Shown piece by piece: positions 27,658-36,402 of a stretch of 64,000 bases of DNA. Within the stretch, counting starts at the first letter, position 1, and each line of letters starts with the position of its first letter. Under the pieces are notes generated by a model. It was not told the DNA's origin. It ran no database searches and saw only the letters and a list, made by a program, of their open reading frames with translations. Origin of the DNA: Acidobacteriota bacterium. GTDB taxonomy: Bacteria > Acidobacteriota > JBCCFW01. A program made the translations under genes and the position numbers. The stretch is from NCBI GenBank assembly GCA_039029535.1, contig JBCCFW010000004.1, positions 41,512-105,511 on the forward strand, given 5' to 3'.

Positions 27658-30600
27658 GGTGCGGGTACTTCGGCGGTGACGAGTGGACGTGGTGCCTGCT
27701 CTGCGCGTGAGCGGGCGGCTCGGGAGACGTGGAGTCGATCGAGGAAGTCGTGCAAGACCAACTCGTGGGCACGCTCATGCGAGCGGACGAGACGGTTCAC
27801 GAACATGTGGAGGTAACTGACCGCCAGCTCGGTCATGGACAGGTGGCCGGCCTGCTCGTGCGCTCGCAGGCTCGGCACGATCTCGGCGAGGGCGCGCGAC
27901 CTCTCCTGGAACACGGCCATCGCATCCTTGCCCACGGTGAGCTCGGGTGCATCCAGCGCGTGCTGGACGTGCCGGCGCTCCGAGCGGTAGCGGGCCCCGA
28001 GGGGCACCCGCAACGCCCGCTCACCACCGTGCTCTCGGAGGTAACCGGCCCGCATCGAGCGGATGACGTGGTGGCGGTCCTCGATGTCAGGTAGGAGGTC
28101 TTCGAGGAGTTGCTGGATGCCGACGAGAGCGAGGCGCCAGCGCAGGTCGGCTCCCGAGCTTCCGCGGGAGAGGGCGACGAGACGCAGCACGGCGTCCGAG
28201 TCGGCATGGAAGAGCCGTTCGGACAGCTCCATCCCGTGTCGGCCACCGTAGCGTTCGAGCTCACGCTCATAGGTGTCGAGCTGCACGCGCCAGGCCAGCC
28301 CGTTCCGCAGCGGCTCGCGGAGGGCGGCGTGGAGCTGAGGGACGACGTCCGTGAGCAGGCGTCCCGGCTCACCGTGGACGCGGAGACGCACGGTGGGGTC
28401 GGGGTCCTGGAGTCGGATGAAGAACCAGCGGTCCACGACACCGTCATGCATCCAGCGTTCGACCAGAGGTCGGACGACGTCGCAGAGGAGGTCGTCGGCG
28501 CTCGCCGGCCCCGTGAAGATCCGTGCGTAGAGCCACTCGGAACCGGGAGCGAAGGTCCGCTCGCAGCCCGACAGCTCGACGCGGGGGAGCGAGGGCTCGG
28601 GTGTCGGTTCGCGACGCAGTGTCATCGGTACGAAGAGCTCGTGAACGAAGTCACCCTCCGGTCCGGTGACGGGGAGGTCGTCGAAGCCCCCCCAGTGCTC
28701 GCGAAGAACGGCTTCGTCTTCGCGCAGTAGCAAGTCGAGCAAGCTGTCGACCATCAGCTCGTTGTCGAGATCGACGAGCAGCTCGGAGTCACCACTGCCG
28801 AAGACCACGAAGCGCGGCCAGGCGTGTCGGCGACGCCACTTCGTCAACAGTCGCGGTCGCTCGTCGGGTGCGGACGTCGAGAGTCGCCGCAGGTCGTGTT
28901 GGCTCAGGCGCCAGCGAGCGAGGGAGAGAACGGTGTTCCCGAGGCACACGCGGGGCAGCGATGGCTGGGCCTCGAGCGAGCCCCAGTTCCACTGGAGCCA
29001 GCCGGCGACTCCCTGGAACTGCAGGTCGCTGAGGAAGCGATAGACACCGAGCGTGTGCGAGTCGGCAGAGTGCGCCGTGGTCAATCGAGGGACGACTTCC
29101 TTTCCGAAACGTGCCGACCGCAGGACCACGCGGTCGTCGACGACGCTCACGAGCAGGTCATCGAGCGGAATCTGATCCTGGACCGGGGCCCCGGAACGCC
29201 CGAGGAAGGGAATCTCGTGCTTCCGAAACTGCGGGCGGTGCACGACGTTGCCGTCGCGTCCCTCGGGCACGTGAACGACCTCGGCGAAGGCGGCGTCGGG
29301 GCGGAGAGCCTCCTCGCGTGCGAGGTGCTCGGCGACGTGCTCTCGCAGCGTTGCATCCCCCGTGCAGAATCGACCGAGGAGCTGGGCTCCGGACGGGCCG
29401 ACGGCCCCCTCGAACAGGAACCGGGCGTGGTCGTCCTGCCCCGAGGGAGCGAGCCGGATGCCTGCGGTGAGCGCGTCGGGGAAGGGCGGGCTCTCGGGTC
29501 GACGCAAGGCGGCGACGTCCGCGTCGCTCAGCACGAGCTCGTCCGCTCCGGAGCGTCGCCAGCGTTCGAGGATCTCGTGCAGGACGATGTCACGCGAGCC
29601 CATCTCGAGCGCCGCTCGCCCCGTGCCCGCTTCGTCATCGAGAGGCAGCCCGGCCAGTAGCGGCGAACCCGAGCTGCTCGTGGAGGAGGAGTTGCCGTAG
29701 CCGATGCCGGCCTCTTCGTCGAGCGCCTGGACCAGGGGGATCTCTCGCTCTCCGTAGCGCTCGACGAACGCGTCCCGGAAGCGGCCTAGCTCGCGATCGT
29801 GATCGAAGTCGGAGGCACCACGCAGGAACTCGAGGACGTCGGCAAGCTGGCTCGTGACGTTTTCGGAGAGCGTGGCCTCAGGTGCCGACTTGATGAGCTC
29901 GAGGTGGACGAGCGCTCGGCCGGGCGTGGGCACCGAGAGCGTTTCCAGCGTGGGCGTTAGACGGGACAGGAGCAGGCCCGGGGACGGCGTGCCGTCCCTG
30001 CCGAGCTCCCCCAGCGCGTGGTTGAGGTCGACGAGGGCCTCGTGCCAGCGTCCGCCGCCCGCGTGTTCACCGACCTGAGCGGTCAGCTCATCGAGTGAGC
30101 TAGGACCGGTCAAGCAAGGACGGAGGTCCGGGACGAGGAGCTGCTCCCTCGCCAGCTCCTCGACGTACTCTTCCGCTTCCTCCAGGTCGACGTCGGCCTC
30201 CCGTGCGAGCGAGCGCGCGAGTCGTTCTCGGGTCTCACCACCGCGCGCGTGCTCGAGCGCGGCGTCGAGGAACGGGGACGGCTCGAAACGGACGAGATGA
30301 TGGGCGCGGTTGCGGTCGCTGCCCTGGGCCTGAATGACACCGAGCTTGCCCGCGACGCGATGGAGGGTGGAGCTCGGCCGCAGCTTCGTCGTGGACACGA
30401 GCTCTGGAGCAGTGGCGAGCGCCTCGGCGATCTCCTGCACGACTGCTGCGTCGAGACGGACGTGGAGACGATGACGCGACGTCTCCGCAAGACGCAGGTT
30501 CGTTTCATCGCCGACGCGGACGACGGCGTGACCCGCGAAGAGTCCGAAGGGTGTCGCCCGCGAGGTCATGCGGGTCAGGTAGCGGACCAGCGAGCGCTCC

Positions 30601-30857
30601 ACGGCGCGACCCTGACGACTGTCCGGAGCGCGACGCCAACCTGGCAGCTCCGCGTGCAGGCTCGGCGAGGCAAGTGCGATCGCCGTGTCCACGTCTTCGC
30701 GATCGATGAACGCCGCGAGTCGATCTCGGAGCTCGCTTCGGTCGGATGAAGGAGCGTCGCCGCACCACTCCCTGAGCTCCCGGAGCGCATGTGCTGGCGT
30801 CCTCAGCACGGCGAAGCCCGAGCTTTCGAGGACGGGAGAGCGTTCCGAGGTCTTCAT
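27654..30857 (-). CDS. class I lanthipeptide dehydratase (LanB-like, glutamylation plus elimination domains)
   Basis: 1067 aa, the typical LanB size, with the N-terminal motif TPFGLFAG. ATGA overlap with the LanC gene. Confidence 0.8.
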   Translation of the reverse strand: MKTSERSPVLESSGFAVLRTPAHALRELREWCGDAPSSDRSELRDRLAAFIDREDVDTAIALASPSLHAELPGWRRAPDSRQGRAVERSLVRYLTRMTSRATPFGLFAGHAVVRVGDETNLRLAETSRHRLHVRLDAAVVQEIAEALATAPELVSTTKLRPSSTLHRVAGKLGVIQAQGSDRNRAHHLVRFEPSPFLDAALEHARGGETRERLARSLAREADVDLEEAEEYVEELAREQLLVPDLRPCLTGPSSLDELTAQVGEHAGGGRWHEALVDLNHALGELGRDGTPSPGLLLSRLTPTLETLSVPTPGRALVHLELIKSAPEATLSENVTSQLADVLEFLRGASDFDHDRELGRFRDAFVERYGEREIPLVQALDEEAGIGYGNSSSTSSSGSPLLAGLPLDDEAGTGRAALEMGSRDIVLHEILERWRRSGADELVLSDADVAALRRPESPPFPDALTAGIRLAPSGQDDHARFLFEGAVGPSGAQLLGRFCTGDATLREHVAEHLAREEALRPDAAFAEVVHVPEGRDGNVVHRPQFRKHEIPFLGRSGAPVQDQIPLDDLLVSVVDDRVVLRSARFGKEVVPRLTTAHSADSHTLGVYRFLSDLQFQGVAGWLQWNWGSLEAQPSLPRVCLGNTVLSLARWRLSQHDLRRLSTSAPDERPRLLTKWRRRHAWPRFVVFGSGDSELLVDLDNELMVDSLLDLLLREDEAVLREHWGGFDDLPVTGPEGDFVHELFVPMTLRREPTPEPSLPRVELSGCERTFAPGSEWLYARIFTGPASADDLLCDVVRPLVERWMHDGVVDRWFFIRLQDPDPTVRLRVHGEPGRLLTDVVPQLHAALREPLRNGLAWRVQLDTYERELERYGGRHGMELSERLFHADSDAVLRLVALSRGSSGADLRWRLALVGIQQLLEDLLPDIEDRHHVIRSMRAGYLREHGGERALRVPLGARYRSERRHVQHALDAPELTVGKDAMAVFQERSRALAEIVPSLRAHEQAGHLSMTELAVSYLHMFVNRLVRSHERAHELVLHDFLDRLHVSRAARSRAEQAPRPLVTAEVPAP

Positions 30858-32173
30858 GACGTCGCCTCAGCGCACGGAGAAGACAGGAGCAGGATCGCGT
30901 CCCAGGCTGGTGCGATCGAAGTCGTCGCCGCGAGAAGGGCGAGCGCGATGCCGGAGGCTCCGTTGAGGAAGCCGCTGTCGTCGTGCCATGCGAGTCGGCC
31001 GTCATCGCCTCGGTCCCAGGCGCGGTAGCCAGCAACGCCGGTTCCCGGGTGCTGCATGTCGAGTGCGAGCTCGAACCAGCGTCGTGCCGCGTCGGCCATC
31101 ACGTCGTCGCCCGTTGCATGCCAGAGGCGGTTGAACACGTGGCCGATGCCGGAAGCACCGTGGCACAGGGCGGCGTCCTCCACGCCGCTGCTCTCGCGGG
31201 TCCGCGCTGCCGCGCGTCGAGCGATCACACGCGCCTCGAGCTCCCAGTCCTGCCGGCCCGTGGCGCGCGCTGCCTGGAGCAGGACCACGCTGATGCCGAG
31301 CTCGCCGTGGCACCAGGCGAGACGAGCTGGGAGCTCATCCCTGCCGTCTCCCATGTCGTAGGGGAACACGGCGTCGGCATCGTCTTCGAGCTTGCGAGCG
31401 AGCAACCAGCTCACCGCTCCGTCGAGCAGGACGAGGGCACGGTCGCGCTCGATGTCGGCACGCACCAGCGCGCTCAGCAGGGCGGCGATTCCGGCGACGC
31501 CGTGGGCGACTCCGACACAATAGGTACCGCCGTTCGCGACGGCGTGTTCTGATGGCACCAGGTCGTTGCTCGTGAACCAGGCGAGGCCGTCGCCATGCTC
31601 CACGGCGAGCGTCTCGAGGTGGCCGAGCATCGAGCGCAGGCACGAGAACGCGCTCTCTCGAGGAAGTCGCGACAGCGCGTGGGCGCCGAAGCCGACGAGG
31701 CCTTCCACGAGGTCGTGATGATGGGGCCATGTCTCTCGCGAGAGATGTTCCGCCAGCGCGAGGTCGACGACCTCGCCGGGATCCGGAATGTCATCGAGAC
31801 CCGAGACGCGGTGAGCGAGCTGGCTCATGACGTGATCGCGGGCCCAGGCAACACCGACGAAGCCACAGTAGAGGGAGGCGGACATGGGGGTCTCGGCGAG
31901 CGCCACCACCGAACGCTCGAGTCTCGTCGCGACGGCATCTCCTGCCACCAGGCCGGGTCGAGCTGCCGAGAGATACGCGAGGGTGAGCGCGCGACCTGCA
32001 TTGCCGTCGGCCAGTGATTCGTCATCGGGACGCAATGTCGGCTCGGACAGGAGGGCGTCTGCGAGGTCACCGAGGGCGACGTTGGCTCGGACGGCGAGGT
32101 CGCCCTCCAGGACGGGAGTCCACGTGGCTGGAGTCGGGGTCGTTCGCGTTCGGCTAGCGCTGAGTGAGGTCAT
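30854..32173 (-). CDS. lanthipeptide cyclase (LanC-like)
   Basis: LanC zinc-site motifs VAHGVAGIAALL, AWCHGELG and ALCHGASGIGHV. Start assigned to the internal ATG at 32173, which is preceded by AGGAGA at 7 nt. The ATG at 32209 abuts the hairpin. Confidence 0.85.
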   Translation of the reverse strand: MTSLSASRTRTTPTPATWTPVLEGDLAVRANVALGDLADALLSEPTLRPDDESLADGNAGRALTLAYLSAARPGLVAGDAVATRLERSVVALAETPMSASLYCGFVGVAWARDHVMSQLAHRVSGLDDIPDPGEVVDLALAEHLSRETWPHHHDLVEGLVGFGAHALSRLPRESAFSCLRSMLGHLETLAVEHGDGLAWFTSNDLVPSEHAVANGGTYCVGVAHGVAGIAALLSALVRADIERDRALVLLDGAVSWLLARKLEDDADAVFPYDMGDGRDELPARLAWCHGELGISVVLLQAARATGRQDWELEARVIARRAAARTRESSGVEDAALCHGASGIGHVFNRLWHATGDDVMADAARRWFELALDMQHPGTGVAGYRAWDRGDDGRLAWHDDSGFLNGASGIALALLAATTSIAPAWDAILLLSSPCAEATS

Positions 32174-32212
32174 GCCCGGTCTCCTGGTTGGTCGGGGTGA
32201 GTGGTGCATGGA

Positions 32213-32243
32213 GCGTCCGGACCGGCATCGTCGGTCCGGACGC
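32213..32243 (-). terminator. perfect 12-bp stem-loop (GCGTCCGGACCG-N7-CGGTCCGGACGC) between precursor A and lanC; probable attenuator or processing hairpin
   Basis: Perfect inverted repeat read directly. No U-tract follows, so partial termination or transcript stabilisation is more likely than full termination. Confidence 0.5.
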
Positions 32244-32259
32244 GTCCACCGCGTTCGGA

Positions 32260-32460
32260 CTAGAGCCCGAAGTCCTCGCCGGTCTCGGCCTGGCGTGCGC
32301 TACCGCATCCCCGCTTCTTGCACTTCGTGCAGCCACAGGTGCTCTTGCGCTTGCTCTTCGGGACCGCCACGCCGCCCTGCACGTCCTGCAGCTCGTCGGC
32401 GTCGAGCTGGCGGAGGGTGTCCTTGTTCAGCACGAGCTTCTTCACGTTGTTCTTGGTCAT
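32260..32460 (-). CDS. RiPP precursor peptide A (double-glycine leader; polycationic Cys/Ser/Thr-rich core)
   Basis: 66 aa: MTKNNVKKLVLNKDTLRQLDADELQDVQGG / VAVPKSKRKSTCGCTKCKKRGCGSARQAETGEDFGL. ATG at 32460 preceded by AGAGGAAG. Leader has hydrophobic residues at -4, -7, -12, -15 and ends in GG. Confidence 0.85.
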   Translation of the reverse strand: MTKNNVKKLVLNKDTLRQLDADELQDVQGGVAVPKSKRKSTCGCTKCKKRGCGSARQAETGEDFGL

Positions 32461-32550
32461 GGTCAGGCTTCCTCTCATTGATTGATTCGGTCTTCGGTAG
32501 GCACGGCCGACTGAGTGCGGGTGGTGGTGCGCGTGAGCGGCCGTCGTCTC

Positions 32551-32579
32551 CCTGTACAGCTCCTCGTGCGGGACCTGAC
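32551..32579 (-). promoter_or_regulatory. conserved cis motif GTCAG-N15-CTGTACAGG, copy upstream of precursor A (about 90 nt from the ATG)
   Basis: One of four copies with identical 15-nt spacing (also 32949-32977, 36365-36393, 38731-38759). Confidence 0.5.
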
Positions 32580-32640
32580 ACGCCACCAAGCTAGTCCCGC
32601 TCGTCTCCTCGTCCTGGGAGGAGTGAGCGGAGACGCAACG

Positions 32641-32665
32641 CTCGGACCGCGGCCGCCGGTCCGAG
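32641..32665 (-). terminator. stem-loop CTCGGACCG-N7-CGGTCCGAG immediately downstream of precursor B
   Basis: Perfect 9-bp stem. Shares the CGGACCG...CGGTCCG core with the hairpin after precursor A. Confidence 0.45.
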
Positions 32666-32684
32666 CGCCACCGAGCTCACTCGA

Positions 32685-32864
32685 TCAGGCGCCGCCGCGG
32701 CAGAACCGCGACTTGCCCTTCTGGCAGCTGCAGGTCGACTTCCGCTTGGTCCCCTTGCGCTTCGGGACCGCCTCGCCTCCCTGCACGTCCTGCAGGTCGT
32801 CGGCGTCGAGCTGGCGGAGGGTGTCCTTGTTCAGGCTGAGCTTCTTCACGTCGTTGTTGCTCAT
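32685..32864 (-). CDS. RiPP precursor peptide B (paralog of A)
   Basis: 59 aa: MSNNDVKKLSLNKDTLRQLDADDLQDVQGG / EAVPKRKGTKRKSTCSCQKGKSRFCRGGA. ATG at 32864 preceded by GAAGGAA. Leader DNA is ~90% identical to precursor A while the cores diverge. Confidence 0.85.
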   Translation of the reverse strand: MSNNDVKKLSLNKDTLRQLDADDLQDVQGGEAVPKRKGTKRKSTCSCQKGKSRFCRGGA

Positions 32865-32948
32865 GATCAGTTCCTTCTGAGTGGATTGGCATTGCTGTGT
32901 TGGGGACGACGACCCACGACGGGTGCGCGGACCATCGGCCGTCACCCC

Positions 32949-32977
32949 CCTGTACAGTCAGCCGTTCGGAACCTGAC
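32949..32977 (-). promoter_or_regulatory. conserved cis motif GTCAG-N15-CTGTACAGG, copy upstream of precursor B (about 84 nt from the ATG)
   Basis: See 32551-32579. Confidence 0.5.
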
Positions 32978-32986
32978 GCAGAGTTG

Positions 32987-34354
32987 TCAGGGCGTGACCG
33001 TCGCTCGGTGCTGTCCGCTTCGTGTCGCTGGCTGATCGAGGAAGCAACGAAGGAAGTACGGAGCACCATCGCGCAGCTCCCAGCGCGACGTTGGCACGCA
33101 GCGCTTCAGCTCTCGCCAGCGGCCGATGGCGAGATGCAGCGGTGCCAGCCACTCGGCGAGACGGAGGGTCTCGGCCAACTCCTCCGGTGTCGCGAACCCT
33201 CGCCAAGGCCCCAGGTAGGCTGCAAGCACTCGCGCTCGCAACTCCGGCGGCTCGCCATCGAGCAGGCCGGTGAAGGGGGTGAGGAAAGGATGGCTGAGCG
33301 TCGCGTCGGTCCAGTCGAGGATCGCGGGCTGACCATCGCGCTCGCAGAGATTGCCCAGATGAAAGTCGCCGTGCTCGAGCCCGCTGGGTCCGAGGAGTGC
33401 CAGGCGCCTACAAGCGTCGACGAGGTCTCCGCGGAGAGACGCGAACACGTCGAGCTCGGTTGCGGTGAGCCCGAATCGACCGAAGGTGACGGTCTCGGTT
33501 TCGTGCAGCAGTGAGTCGACTTGCTCTGGGAGTAGGTCGATGGCGGCTTCCGGCAGCCTGAGCGTGCGGAGCTCGTGTTCGTTCTCCAGGAGCGCGCGTT
33601 GCATCGTCGCGAGCGTGGCGGCCGCCTGGCAGGCGGCGTCTGTTCGAGAGAGTGTCGAGACGAGCGGATCGCCGAGCGAGCGTGTCAAGAACCAACCCCG
33701 GGATCGGTCATGGGCGATCAGCTCGGGAACGCGCCCGGGGCAGCGTGCGGCGAGGCAGCGGAGGAGAGCGGCCTCGCGTGTCGAGCTTGGCCCGACCATC
33801 TTGAGGTACGTGGTGCCGGCGTCGGTCTCCAACATGACGACGGCACCACCGGAGTCGGACTTGAGCGACTGAGCCTCGAGCACCGGCCGTTCCAGAGCGA
33901 CCTCGGCCCAGTCGATGGCCTCGTCCAGCCAACCTCGTCGCTGCCACGGCGCGAGGGTGACCGCTTCTCGCTCCGCCTCTTGGAGGCATTGACTCACGAC
34001 TGCGACGTGAGTTTCGTCGGCGAGATCCGCTCGAGCCAGCTCCTCCTCGGCCCACCATCGACTCTCGGCGGTGGCTCCGGTGCGGTGCCCGACGACGTGG
34101 TACACGTGGAACCGTTCGCCGGTCTGCAAGAACTCCGTTCCGGCTGCCACGACCTCCCGTGAGAACTGAGAGCGGACGCCGTGCCGTACCAGAAGCCAGT
34201 CCGTGACGTCCTGGACCTCGGGCTCGTCGTCGTTGTCGAACTCCACGGCAGGAAGGGTCCAGCCCTCACCGCTTCGGACGAGCAAGACCCTTGGCAGCGT
34301 GTCGTGGAGCAGGAGTGAGCAGAGTCGGGTGCGCCTTGCTCGCGGGCTACTCAC
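32987..34354 (-). CDS. aminoglycoside-phosphotransferase (APH)-family kinase with N-terminal ~150-aa extension
   Basis: Brenner catalytic motif HGDFHLGNL and downstream ILDWTDA (Mg-binding D). GTG start 13 nt after the JmjC stop. Confidence 0.7.
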   Translation of the reverse strand: MSSPRARRTRLCSLLLHDTLPRVLLVRSGEGWTLPAVEFDNDDEPEVQDVTDWLLVRHGVRSQFSREVVAAGTEFLQTGERFHVYHVVGHRTGATAESRWWAEEELARADLADETHVAVVSQCLQEAEREAVTLAPWQRRGWLDEAIDWAEVALERPVLEAQSLKSDSGGAVVMLETDAGTTYLKMVGPSSTREAALLRCLAARCPGRVPELIAHDRSRGWFLTRSLGDPLVSTLSRTDAACQAAATLATMQRALLENEHELRTLRLPEAAIDLLPEQVDSLLHETETVTFGRFGLTATELDVFASLRGDLVDACRRLALLGPSGLEHGDFHLGNLCERDGQPAILDWTDATLSHPFLTPFTGLLDGEPPELRARVLAAYLGPWRGFATPEELAETLRLAEWLAPLHLAIGRWRELKRCVPTSRWELRDGAPYFLRCFLDQPATRSGQHRATVTP

Positions 34355-34367
34355 GACGCGATCCCGT

Positions 34368-35558
34368 TCAGTGAACCTGCTGGCCGGCGTCTCGCTGGAG
34401 CGCGCCTTCCTTCAGCAGGTAGGCGAGGGTGAGCTCGACGAGATCCGGCGCGACGCTCGAGCACGCCGCGCGGGCGTCCTGAGCGGTGAAGGCGCTCGGG
34501 CGGTCGACGAGCCACTGCACCAACGGGAGCAGCTCGGTGTCGACCTCGATCTCCGCCCCCGCGTTCGGACGCCTGACACGGAGCTTCCAGTTGCTTCCTC
34601 GAACGCCCTCGTCCCGCAGCGACTTCGACGCGTCTGCCGGCCAGTGGAAGCGCTCGCCCGAGACGCTGGCGCTCTGCAGCAGTGACTCGGCGTCGAGCCC
34701 ATCGACCACCCGAGCGAGATCGGGAAGCAAGGTGGCGAGCTCGCGCGCGAGCCGTGCCCGGGAGCGCTCGTCTCCGGCGAGTCCGAGGGGGTAGGCCCGC
34801 CACTCCGCCAGGTTTCCGAGGCGGCGGTCGAGCTCCTCGAGCACGACGTTCTTCCAGGTCGGAGGTTGCACGGTGAAGTTGAGCGCGAAGGACTCACCGG
34901 CGACACCGGTCTCGTGCCAGACCCCGCGAGGGAGGAACATGACGCTTCCCTCCCTCAGCTCGACGGTCTCGGAGTTGCGTGGCATCCGACGAGGGAGCGG
35001 CCGACGTGCGTGCGGTGGGCCGTGGTCGTCCGTGGCCTTCGCGTGGTAGCTCTCGGTCGGGTTCACGACGTGGTGATTCGGCGCGAGACGCCAGGTCTTG
35101 GTTCCCCTGAGCTGCACGTTGAAGTTCACGTCGAAGTCGTAGTGCATCGGCACGCCCAGGCTGCGCTTCGAGGCAAATGCCTCGATGGAGACGTGGTCTG
35201 GATGGACTCCGAGGTCGGCGGCGAGCTCGGCCCGGGGGGAGCGCAGCTCGGGCACCGCGTTCTCGACGTTCGTGATGTAGAGCGTGTCGCCGCGCTCGTA
35301 GAGGTCGCGAGCGGTCGCGGCAGGGACCTCGGTCTGGAATCCCTTGTCGCCGAAGATGGTCACGGGCTTGCGGAGTCTTCCGAGCAGGACTCCGAGGTCG
35401 CGCATGGCGGGTAGGGTCGCGAGCAACCCGAGGCGGTCGACGGCGCCGTGGCCCACGTGACTGACTTCGGGCCAGTGCTGCCGGAGGAAGTCACGCTTGG
35501 GCATGCCGAAGAGGGTCCGCAGTCCGAGCTTCTTGTCAGTCGAGCCGTCTCGTCTCAT
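34368..35558 (-). CDS. JmjC/cupin-4 family Fe(II)/2-oxoglutarate-dependent hydroxylase
   Basis: HxD...H facial triad context (VPMHYDFDVNFNVQLRGTKTWRL ... FLPRGVWHET). Start at ATG 35558 with a GGAGAAG SD. Confidence 0.65.
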   Translation of the reverse strand: MRRDGSTDKKLGLRTLFGMPKRDFLRQHWPEVSHVGHGAVDRLGLLATLPAMRDLGVLLGRLRKPVTIFGDKGFQTEVPAATARDLYERGDTLYITNVENAVPELRSPRAELAADLGVHPDHVSIEAFASKRSLGVPMHYDFDVNFNVQLRGTKTWRLAPNHHVVNPTESYHAKATDDHGPPHARRPLPRRMPRNSETVELREGSVMFLPRGVWHETGVAGESFALNFTVQPPTWKNVVLEELDRRLGNLAEWRAYPLGLAGDERSRARLARELATLLPDLARVVDGLDAESLLQSASVSGERFHWPADASKSLRDEGVRGSNWKLRVRRPNAGAEIEVDTELLPLVQWLVDRPSAFTAQDARAACSSVAPDLVELTLAYLLKEGALQRDAGQQVH

Positions 35559-35589
35559 GTCTCTTCTCCGTCGTGTGGTTCGTGGCGCT

Positions 35590-36321
35590 TCAGGACGCGA
35601 TGTCGGATTGGTCGAGGTGGATGACGCCGGCACGCGAGGCTGCGTGGCGACCGAGGTCCCGGCGGAGCTCGATGGGGTCGAAGGCGGAGCTCTGGCGACC
35701 GTCTCGCATGCCGCGAGGCCGCCGGTCCCACCAGTTGACGAGGAAGGTCACGCGGATGGAGCCGGCGACGTCACCGGGGTAGATCGCGTGATAGAGATGA
35801 CCCGGGAACACGGTGTAGTGATTCGAGCGGGGGAGCACGGCGACGCCGCGTGTCGGGCTGGGCGGCGAGAGCGTCTTGCCAGAGGGGTCACAGCCTTGAT
35901 CGACGATGAGCGTCGGGCCGCCGTTGCGACCCAGGTAGAACACGGACGCGACGAGCGGGTGCACCATCCGTCCCGTGTCTTCGAAGAGCTGTTCGTCCTT
36001 GTCGAAGTGAAAGCTCTTTCCGTCGGTCGTGTCTCGAACCTGGAACCACCACTCCGCTCCGATGCAACTCGGTCCCGGCCGCGCCAGCCGTCGAAGCCGT
36101 CGAATGGCGTGCTCGGGCAGGGTCGACGGTGCGCGGTCGAGCGGGTACCAACCACCCGCCCGTGAGAGCTCGTTCCGCGCGCCCCGGCGGAGGGTGCGAC
36201 GGACGTGCTCGGCGAAGCGGCGATACAGGGTCGACGGCAGCGCCGAGCGGAAGCAGCGCGTGCTCGTCACGTCGGCTCGGTGACGGGAGCGGGGCTTTTC
36301 GGCGAGGGCTCGTGACGACAT
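35590..36321 (-). CDS. putative Fe(II)/2-oxoglutarate oxygenase (prolyl-4-hydroxylase-like fold)
   Basis: HFDKDE (HxD), ~55 aa later HYTVFPGHLYH, then IRVTF (RxS/T-like). ATG 36321 with a GGAG SD. Confidence 0.45.
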   Translation of the reverse strand: MSSRALAEKPRSRHRADVTSTRCFRSALPSTLYRRFAEHVRRTLRRGARNELSRAGGWYPLDRAPSTLPEHAIRRLRRLARPGPSCIGAEWWFQVRDTTDGKSFHFDKDEQLFEDTGRMVHPLVASVFYLGRNGGPTLIVDQGCDPSGKTLSPPSPTRGVAVLPRSNHYTVFPGHLYHAIYPGDVAGSIRVTFLVNWWDRRPRGMRDGRQSSAFDPIELRRDLGRHAASRAGVIHLDQSDIAS

Positions 36322-36364
36322 GGCGAACTCCGTTGGCGAGCCAGGGATGGCTCGTCGGTAGTTG

Positions 36365-36393
36365 CCTGTACAGCGCAGCGGTCCAGCTCTGAC
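36365..36393 (-). promoter_or_regulatory. conserved cis motif GTCAG-N15-CTGTACAGG, copy upstream of the oxygenase/JmjC/kinase unit (about 43 nt from the ATG)
   Basis: See 32551-32579. Confidence 0.5.
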
Positions 36394-36402
36394 ATCGGGC
36401 GG

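Noticed and set aside
32551-32579. Interpretation of CTGTACAG as a LexA/SOS box or the motif as a sigma-54 promoter
   Set aside because: LexA boxes have CTGT and ACAG separated by a spacer, and sigma-54 promoters need GG-N10-GC. Neither fits the GTCAG-N15-CTGTACAGG arrangement, so it is left as an unassigned cis motif.
32260-32945. Long N-terminal extensions of the two precursor ORFs in the ORF track (109 aa and 86 aa)
   Set aside because: The upstream portions (MVACQVPHEELYRETTAAHAHHHP..., MTADGPRTRRGSSSPTQQ...) lack SD sequences and would remove the typical 30-aa leader architecture. Internal ATGs at 32460 and 32864 have strong AGGAAG-type SDs and give paralogous leaders of equal length.
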